Shown in pieces: positions 57,780-64,000 of a stretch of 64,000 bases of DNA. The translations under genes and the position numbers were made by a program. Below the pieces are notes generated by a model. It saw only the letters and a list, made by a program, of their open reading frames with translations. It ran no database searches and was not told where the DNA came from. How positions within the stretch are numbered: position 1 is the stretch's first letter; each line of letters opens with the position of its first letter. The DNA comes from a virus. The stretch lies in IMG/VR virus record IMGVR_UViG_3300020171_000001, positions 32,001 through 96,000 of that record; one strand, written 5' to 3'.

Positions 57780-57989
57780 GGCGTGCGGCTTCGCCTGTAG
57801 CATAGCAGGTCTACCTACCTGACTTCTGCCCGCGGCCTCCGTGCACGGCCTCTGTGGGCCTTCCAGCTGTCCGTAGCCGGTGCTGTTCTCTGCATTGCGG
57901 GTGGCATTCGTCGTGTTTTTCCCTTGCTAAACATACTGGGAGTCCTATAGTCTCTAACCTGTCATACATGGGACACACAGGAGAAACCC

Positions 57990-58958
57990 GTGGCGATTAA
58001 GAAGAAGATGACGCCCCCGTCATTCGAAGAGGCTATTGGGTCCTTTGGCCGCGAGGATCTCCCCCGGGGGACTGACGCAGCTGACACGGGAGACCGCGAT
58101 GACCAGGACCATGACCAGGACCATGACCAGGACCAGGACCAGGATGGCGCAGACGCGGCAGAGATGCCGATCGTGACCGCGCGTGCTCCTGGCCCTTCGG
58201 CGACTGGCATGGCGGCTGTCCTTCAGGCCATGCAGGATCTTCAAGAGCAGAACGCGCAATTGCTCCAGCGCATGGAGCAGATGGAGAATCGACGACTGGC
58301 GCCCGCCGCGCCGGCCGGCGGTCTCCCCAACCTGGAGCAGATGGACCTGCGGCCCCTCGATGAGGGGTCCATCCATGCAAGTTTCGAGAGCTACTTCTGG
58401 ATTCGCATGAAGCCCTACAATCCCGACTTGGGCCATCTGCGCAAGGGCTGCCCGCTCAACGAGCTGACCGACCGTAGCGGTCGCCCGCGTTTCCTCCGTG
58501 GGGGGACCGGTCGTCCCGGCGACGTGCCGCAGTGGGAGCGTGTGTCAAAGACGCAGGCCCTGCGCATGTCCCGGTATCGCCAACGCGATGAAGTCGCGCA
58601 TTCCCCGATGCTGCTGGACATCGTGACCGAGAAGCAGAAGGAGGCTATCGACCTTCGAGAAGCCGCGATGCGGGCAGGGATGCTGGGCATCTCCGGGATG
58701 GACGCCAACGGCAACATGATCCATGCCAGCAGCCAGGTCCAGGTCAACCGCGGCGGCGGCGTGAGCGCCACGGCCAATGCCCCGGCCCCCCGCGTCGTGG
58801 ATGGAGCTCAAGTCCCGAGCGAGCAGGTCGGCGCAGAGCCCCCGCGGTACTGGGAAGTGCAACGCAACCGGATGGACGCGGCCGTTCGACGTGTCGAGGA
58901 GGGCCTTGGCGGGGACATGAGCATGGGCGACGTATCCATGGGCGGCCGCTTGCCATAG
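57990..58958 (+). CDS. hypothetical protein
   Basis: AGGAG SD; upstream TTGCTA..TATAGT promoter; (DQDH)n repeat. Confidence 0.6.
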   Translation: MAIKKKMTPPSFEEAIGSFGREDLPRGTDAADTGDRDDQDHDQDHDQDQDQDGADAAEMPIVTARAPGPSATGMAAVLQAMQDLQEQNAQLLQRMEQMENRRLAPAAPAGGLPNLEQMDLRPLDEGSIHASFESYFWIRMKPYNPDLGHLRKGCPLNELTDRSGRPRFLRGGTGRPGDVPQWERVSKTQALRMSRYRQRDEVAHSPMLLDIVTEKQKEAIDLREAAMRAGMLGISGMDANGNMIHASSQVQVNRGGGVSATANAPAPRVVDGAQVPSEQVGAEPPRYWEVQRNRMDAAVRRVEEGLGGDMSMGDVSMGGRLP

Positions 58959-58985
58959 GCTCTCGGCCTTCGCCCGGCCCTCGTG

Positions 58986-59612
58986 TCAGAGCCGGCCAGC
59001 AGCGCGGAGTGCGTTGCGGGTCCGGGGAAACTGCAGTCGAATGGCGTCAGCTTCTTCATCTGTGAGCCGCCAAGTGCACCCGCGAGCCGGTCGCAGGTCT
59101 GGGTAGACTCGAGCGAGATAGCGGGACATCCCACCAGGGGAATACCCGGTTTCACGCGCGAGGTCGGCCGCCGTGGTGTACCCGGCGAGCCAAAGTAGGC
59201 CCAGCCGATGGCATTTGGTTTTGACCGCCAAGAGTGTCTTTCCCAGGTCCTTCGCAGCGCGCTCTTGCGTCGTCCTTTCAGCTAGAACGTAAAGCCGACT
59301 GACCTCGGCCCGAGTCCATGCGTCTGCACGGGGGTAGGCGAGCTTGAGCTTGGCCGCCCGACGCTTGATCGCCACGTAGGTCCGTCCCAGGGCTCCTGCT
59401 GCATCTTTCAGCGGTTGCGCATGTAGAATCTGGGCGAGGGCACAGTCTTCCTCGACAGACCATGGCTTCAATACGCACACACTGGGTCGCGAGTGCAGGG
59501 CTCTTCGACGACTGGCGCATGCGTGAACGCTTCGGTCCAGCTGCTGCGCGATCTCCCTCAGGGGCATAGGGGTCTGCAGAAGCGCGATCTCGTCTTGCGT
59601 CCAGTACCGCAT
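58986..59612 (-). CDS. multi-repeat HTH/Myb-like DNA-binding protein
   Basis: Three W[TS]..E...L......A..L.R[ST]..A repeats plus a C-terminal HTH. Confidence 0.75.
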   Translation of the reverse strand: MRYWTQDEIALLQTPMPLREIAQQLDRSVHACASRRRALHSRPSVCVLKPWSVEEDCALAQILHAQPLKDAAGALGRTYVAIKRRAAKLKLAYPRADAWTRAEVSRLYVLAERTTQERAAKDLGKTLLAVKTKCHRLGLLWLAGYTTAADLARETGYSPGGMSRYLARVYPDLRPARGCTWRLTDEEADAIRLQFPRTRNALRAAGRL

Positions 59613-59619
59613 TGGCCCC

Positions 59620-59667
59620 AAGGTACCGAGTGACACCCTGCGTGTCAAGTGACTCCCCGCGTGTCAA
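59620..59667 (-). promoter_or_regulatory. promoter with two 19-bp operator-like repeats
   Basis: GTGACACCCTGCGTGTCAA / GTGACTCCCCGCGTGTCAA; TTGACA-17-TACCTT on - strand, 7 nt before ATG 59612. Confidence 0.65.
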
Positions 59668-59728
59668 CATGCTGTGTCTGGTAGAGATGTCTTGACCCAT
59701 TTCGGTATCAGGATGCACACTGTAGGCG

Positions 59729-60871
59729 ATGCGCGGAGTCCGACGGGGAGAGCAGAGCACGACAGCGTGGCCCCTGCTCCAGTTCTTCTGCCGTAGCGGA
59801 GGCTTCTTGGCCGACCCGTCCTCGGCATCGTTTGTCATTCAGAACATCAGTAATCCCGCAGCAGCGGCTACCACAGTCGTGGCTGCCACACCGCTTACGT
59901 CTGGCAACCGATTGGGCACTGGTCGGTACGCAGTTCCTACTGGGTTGACGGGTACTTGGGCGTTGGGCACCCACCGTGTTGTGGTGACTTACCGGCTCTC
60001 GGCCAGTGGCCCAGATCTCCGGCAAGTTCTGGAGTTTGAGGTCCTTAGCGATGTGGACTGGCCGGGGACCGGCGCAGAGTACCGCGGGTATGTCTCGACC
60101 CGGGCGCTCTACGAGGACGGGTATGCTGTTGCTGGGACCGACGTCGTAGAAACGCTGCACCGGGTAGTCAACAAGTTCTCCCAGCGCGTCGAGCACTGGA
60201 CAGCGCGGGAGTTCCACCCGACGTTCAAATCGTTGTACGTGGCTGGTATGGACACGGAGTATCTTTTGCTCCGGGAGCCCATCGTAGCTCTGCACGATGT
60301 GTACTACACGTGGATGGGATCGGACAACGTAGAACAGGCGCAGTTGATCACGCGGTCCTCATACCATGTGCGTGTGCGGCATCTCGACGGGGAGATCGGG
60401 AGGGACTCCCGGATTCTCTCCATGCTCGAGCTGTCCTCCGCATGGCTCGGCGACGGCTGGTCTCCGCGTGTCGGTGAGGGCGGACATACTTGGTCAGACC
60501 GGAGTCGCAACTACCGCCTCGACGGTGTGTTCGGGTACACGGAGGGCGCCCTGGACCCAGCGGGCCTGCGCGCTGACATTGGACGCACGCCAGCGCCGCT
60601 CGCCGAGGTCGTGGCTGTTTTGGTATCGCGGCAGCTCGAAGACATGACGTTGAGCAGTCCGATGGGCATGGTCCCGGGGCTCATCGGGACCATCCGAACG
60701 CGGGACCAGATGATCAAGATCGACAGCGGTTCCAGTTTAGCCTCGATGAGCACCGGAGGCGTGTTTACGGGGGACCCGTACCTGGACATGATCCTGAGCC
60801 AGTACGTCGCGCCGACGGACGTGACGCCCGTGGGCCGGTCTCGAGCTTCCGGTGCAGACGCCGGGTGGTAG
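59729..60871 (+). CDS. head-tail adaptor-like protein with N-terminal Ig-like domain
   Basis: Position; R.GTGRY; VE.WT.R.F; NY...G.FGYT; P.....V..L; D..L..Y. Confidence 0.55.
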   Translation: MRGVRRGEQSTTAWPLLQFFCRSGGFLADPSSASFVIQNISNPAAAATTVVAATPLTSGNRLGTGRYAVPTGLTGTWALGTHRVVVTYRLSASGPDLRQVLEFEVLSDVDWPGTGAEYRGYVSTRALYEDGYAVAGTDVVETLHRVVNKFSQRVEHWTAREFHPTFKSLYVAGMDTEYLLLREPIVALHDVYYTWMGSDNVEQAQLITRSSYHVRVRHLDGEIGRDSRILSMLELSSAWLGDGWSPRVGEGGHTWSDRSRNYRLDGVFGYTEGALDPAGLRADIGRTPAPLAEVVAVLVSRQLEDMTLSSPMGMVPGLIGTIRTRDQMIKIDSGSSLASMSTGGVFTGDPYLDMILSQYVAPTDVTPVGRSRASGADAGW

Positions 60872-60877
60872 CGAACT

Positions 60878-61402
60878 GTGCAATTCAACCTCCACATTCC
60901 GCTCCTCGACACCTGCGACGTGGAAATCTTCCGGTTGGACCGCCCGGCAACTTGGGCCGTGAACCCGCCTGGATCCGAGTACGCGGCGGGGTACGACCCG
61001 GTAAGCGAACAGCCCATCGTGAGCTGGACCAACGGGTCCCCGGTGGCTCCACGGCAGGAGATGGCCGCCGTGCGCATCGCAGCGCAGCTCGAGGTGGCGT
61101 CTCACGAACGCCTCCGTGCGGCCTTCGGTGGCGATGCACCTGTAAGCCGCTGGGTGTTTGTGGTGCATCGCCGACAGCTCCGGCGACTGGGCCTGGTTGA
61201 CGCGACCACCGGGGATTGCCTGCTCAAGGCCCGGGACCGCATCGCCCGGGTCATCCGCCGACGCGGTACGTCGGCGGGGCAAACCGTGGGCTTTCGCATG
61301 CCCCTGTACATCTATGAGACGAAGCCTGCTTCTGCTGGCGTAGGCCCCGACGGCTACTCGTTGGAGCTTCTCTATACCATGGAAGAGGACCGGGTGGTCT
61401 GA
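60878..61402 (+). CDS. head closure/neck-like protein
   Basis: Position; GYDPV..EP motif. Confidence 0.45.
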   Translation: MQFNLHIPLLDTCDVEIFRLDRPATWAVNPPGSEYAAGYDPVSEQPIVSWTNGSPVAPRQEMAAVRIAAQLEVASHERLRAAFGGDAPVSRWVFVVHRRQLRRLGLVDATTGDCLLKARDRIARVIRRRGTSAGQTVGFRMPLYIYETKPASAGVGPDGYSLELLYTMEEDRVV

Positions 61403-62184
61403 TGGGTTCACAAGCCCGTGTATCCCGGTACCGGCCGCGGCAGCGGCGGCTGCCAGTTCCGCAGCAGCACGCCCGCGCATCCTGGTACTCCCAGGGCATT
61501 GCATCAATGCGAAACATCCTACGAGCCGTGGATAGCCCAGTGGCTTGGTCGGCTATTGCTCGGCCTCGGGCGATGGCCCTCGGGCAGTACGCCGTGTTTG
61601 TGACGGCAGCCATGTACTCGGGCATGGCTGATGCCGCGGCGCAAACGGGCCTTGGGACCATCTTCGCCACGCAGGGGAAGGACCAAGGAGCCGTACGGCC
61701 TCCGCGGCCACCGTACCAGCCTGGAGAAACGTACCGGAGACTCGCGGGGGCTATCAGCCACGTTGGCGCTCTTGCAACGCCTCCTTCGATAGCTGGGCGA
61801 TGCCACGTGGGGATCCTCAGTGGGAACGTGGCACCGGATCCCAATCCCAAGTTTCCGCTGGGTACGCCTCTGGAGGTGATTGACGCTGGCGTGAATGGGC
61901 CCACGAGGGTCCTGTCATACGACGAAACAGTACGTTCTCGGGCCTACGCCATTATGATGCGGGAGGGCCGCGGCGGATTCGGCACCCGAAAGCCCGACAC
62001 AGGGCACTTACCGGATGCCCTGGCTGTGCCATCGAGCACAATCACCGTTGTGCGGACCGGAAAGCCCATCTGGGAAACTGCCGCGCGGTCAATTCAGTCC
62101 CTGCTGAAGCAGAGCGAAGGGCTCGGCGGGCCGACGAGTGTTGTTGCTACCCTGGTTCGGCAAGCCGCGATGAAGAGACCATAG
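61402..62184 (+). CDS. neck/tail completion-like protein
   Basis: Position; coupled to neighbours. Confidence 0.4.
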   Translation: MGSQARVSRYRPRQRRLPVPQQHARASWYSQGIASMRNILRAVDSPVAWSAIARPRAMALGQYAVFVTAAMYSGMADAAAQTGLGTIFATQGKDQGAVRPPRPPYQPGETYRRLAGAISHVGALATPPSIAGRCHVGILSGNVAPDPNPKFPLGTPLEVIDAGVNGPTRVLSYDETVRSRAYAIMMREGRGGFGTRKPDTGHLPDALAVPSSTITVVRTGKPIWETAARSIQSLLKQSEGLGGPTSVVATLVRQAAMKRP

Positions 62185-62185
62185 G

Positions 62186-63193
62186 ATGGCCATCCCTACC
62201 ATTACAGCGGTGTCCCCGAATACCGGCGTGTCACAAGGCGGCGACCTGATCCTCATCACGGGGACCGGATTCCCAACACCGGCCATACCGGTGGCTCTAC
62301 CCACGCCGGATGTCTACCCGTCTGTTTCTGTGATGCTTGGGAGCGCATCGGCAGAGGTCGTCCGGGTCCTGAGCGCCACTGAGTTGATTGTTCGTACTCC
62401 GGATTACGAGGACAGTGTTCGTGCCTCGGCAGGCGCTGTTGGGGGACCGGTCCCCTACAACGCGTTCCCAGCCGTCGCTGTGGTTCTGCAGAACTTGGAT
62501 GCAAACGGCACCCCGGTGCCTGGTGAGAGCGCCACGCTTGCCAGCGGGTTCCAGTTCATTCGGCGGGCCCTGGGCCCCCCGCGATCCCGCGGTGTCTACA
62601 AGCGCATCCAGGACCAGGTCATGGAATGGCTGCGTCGGAATGTCTGCAAGACCGTGTCCACGGGTCGGAATAGCGAATATGCAGACGGTGCCGAGATCGA
62701 CGTGCGATTGGCCGCGCTACCGGGCATCGGCGTGGTCTGTGTGTTTGAAGAGGATCCTGGGTGGTCGCAGTTTACCGGGGGGCTTGAGGAGGTCGTCGAT
62801 CCGACCGACGCGACCCGGGTACTGGTCTACGACGGCATGAGGGCTCGCCAGGCCCGCGTGAGGCTCTTGTACGCCGGGCAGACCTACGACCAGTGCTTGG
62901 AACTCAGCGAGGCCCTGGAGGACGCTGTGGAGCGCCAGGGGTACATGGTCATGGATGCAGATCCGGATCTGTACCCCGGAGAGTCTGATCGCTACCCGAT
63001 GTTCTGGGCAGAAACTCCACGAGTGGCCAGTCGCGGCGCAGACACAGACGTGACGCATGGCCACGCTGCGTTGCTGATTCGGGGATTCCTGCTCATGTCT
63101 GATGCGCCACGAGAGCGCGCCTGGACAGTTAGCACCTTCGAAGTCGAGGAAGTTGGCATGGACGGTGGCCCACTTCGTACCACTACGACGTAG
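62186..63193 (+). CDS. IPT/TIG-domain protein (tail terminator-like)
   Basis: PTITAVSPNTG...GG..I.ITGTGF IPT signature. Confidence 0.65.
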   Translation: MAIPTITAVSPNTGVSQGGDLILITGTGFPTPAIPVALPTPDVYPSVSVMLGSASAEVVRVLSATELIVRTPDYEDSVRASAGAVGGPVPYNAFPAVAVVLQNLDANGTPVPGESATLASGFQFIRRALGPPRSRGVYKRIQDQVMEWLRRNVCKTVSTGRNSEYADGAEIDVRLAALPGIGVVCVFEEDPGWSQFTGGLEEVVDPTDATRVLVYDGMRARQARVRLLYAGQTYDQCLELSEALEDAVERQGYMVMDADPDLYPGESDRYPMFWAETPRVASRGADTDVTHGHAALLIRGFLLMSDAPRERAWTVSTFEVEEVGMDGGPLRTTTT

Positions 63194-63345
63194 GCGCCAC
63201 AGTGGGTCATACCTGGTAGCGGACCGAGGAGCCACGCATTATCCGGCTTGCGGTCGGGCTCGCAAGACCACGGGCAGGCCATGCAGGTGCACTGCGTCCC
63301 CAGTGCTATTTGCACACGGTGACGCCGGAGTTTACCATCAGGGCA

Positions 63346-63657
63346 ATGATTCGATTGAAGAACCGTGACCGGCGGCCCTTTGCCTTCAACCTCTACCACT
63401 CGGAGGTCTGCGCGGAGACCGGTGCATGCTCGTGCACTTCGGTTGTCGTTGACCTCCCCGGGGGTCTTCGCAGTGCACGTCTGGAGCCCTTGGGCGTGCG
63501 CATCGGAGGATGCCGAGATCCTCATGGGAGCATCAGCGCTCCACTCCCTGACGCCGTGGAACATCTGGGGGCTGTTCGCTCTCGCGTGCGAGACGGAAGC
63601 CTGGAAGTTCTCTCTGGTGGGGGCTACGCTCGGGTAGAAATCATCAAGCCGGAGTAG
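63346..63657 (+). CDS. hypothetical protein
   Basis: TTGCAC-17-TACCAT promoter 7 nt upstream of ATG. Confidence 0.5.
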   Translation: MIRLKNRDRRPFAFNLYHSEVCAETGACSCTSVVVDLPGGLRSARLEPLGVRIGGCRDPHGSISAPLPDAVEHLGAVRSRVRDGSLEVLSGGGYARVEIIKPE

Positions 63658-63696
63658 CCGGTCGGCACTGGCAAACACCGGAAAGGAATTTCAATC

Positions 63697-64000
63697 ATGG
63701 GTCAGGGTAGAAGCCGCATCGACAACAAGTGGGAGAGCAGTACGCTGCGAGGCATGCCCTCGAAAGACTTCGGCGTTCTCCTGGCCTTGGGCGTCACCGA
63801 GTGGGGGCCGGAGGACGTCACTGCGGTGACCTCGTTCGATGACTTCCGTACGAAGTTCGGTCGGTTCCTGACCAGCTACGACCTCGCGTTGCAGGTCTGG
63901 CTCTTCTTCAAGCTGGGCGGGACACGAGCCTACGTCAAGCGGATCTTCCACTACATCGGGCACGGCGTTGGCGACAGCGCTACCCCGGTGACAGCCGCGC
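63697..64000 (+). CDS. tail sheath protein (5' part, runs off window)
   Basis: G.TEWGP....VTSFDDF...FG, FF..GG..AYV.R; AAAGGA SD. Confidence 0.8.
   Translation, partial: MGQGRSRIDNKWESSTLRGMPSKDFGVLLALGVTEWGPEDVTAVTSFDDFRTKFGRFLTSYDLALQVWLFFKLGGTRAYVKRIFHYIGHGVGDSATPVTAA

Noticed and set aside
56322-57803. 493-aa minus-strand ORF
   Set aside because: Antisense shadow of the codon-biased capsid and decoration genes
1-64000. tRNA genes, integrase, terminase, DNA polymerase
   Set aside because: No recognisable motifs found by eye in this window; lifestyle (temperate or lytic) cannot be determined

Overview
High-GC segment of a large tailed phage or prophage. A tail-sheath gene starts at the right edge, so the tail is contractile. 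The DnaN, the Hsp70 and the Cys-rich lipoproteins suggest a Myxococcota/deltaproteobacterial-type host (inference). Layout: (1) 0.3-29 kb, + strand: early/accessory genes behind sigma70-like promoters that share a CATGTCA operator-like repeat. This block holds a HAD nucleotidase, an IS607 element (TnpA, a cargo gene, TnpB) interrupting a MazG-like gene, a ~420-nt highly structured candidate ncRNA with its own promoter and terminator, RHH regulators, a non-canonical Hsp70, an RNase H-like protein, a RuvC-like resolvase invaded by an HNH-like nuclease cassette, the beta clamp DnaN, a stand-alone RNR TSCPD domain and DUF1643. (2) 29-38.5 kb, - strand: two cell-wall hydrolases, a Tad1-like anti-defence sponge, a dual-frame split C5 DNA methyltransferase, holin-like genes, two MshEN-like mini-proteins and fibre-like genes. 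(3) 38.5-49.6 kb, - strand: an 11-gene, tightly coupled glycan synthesis/decoration operon (glycosyl-, methyl- and sulfotransferases, an Asn-synthetase-like enzyme and a transglutaminase-like enzyme). (4) 50.7-64 kb, + strand: PBSX-like portal, XkdF-like protease, scaffold, major capsid, neck and tail-sheath genes. All family calls come from motif recognition by eye; no searches were run.
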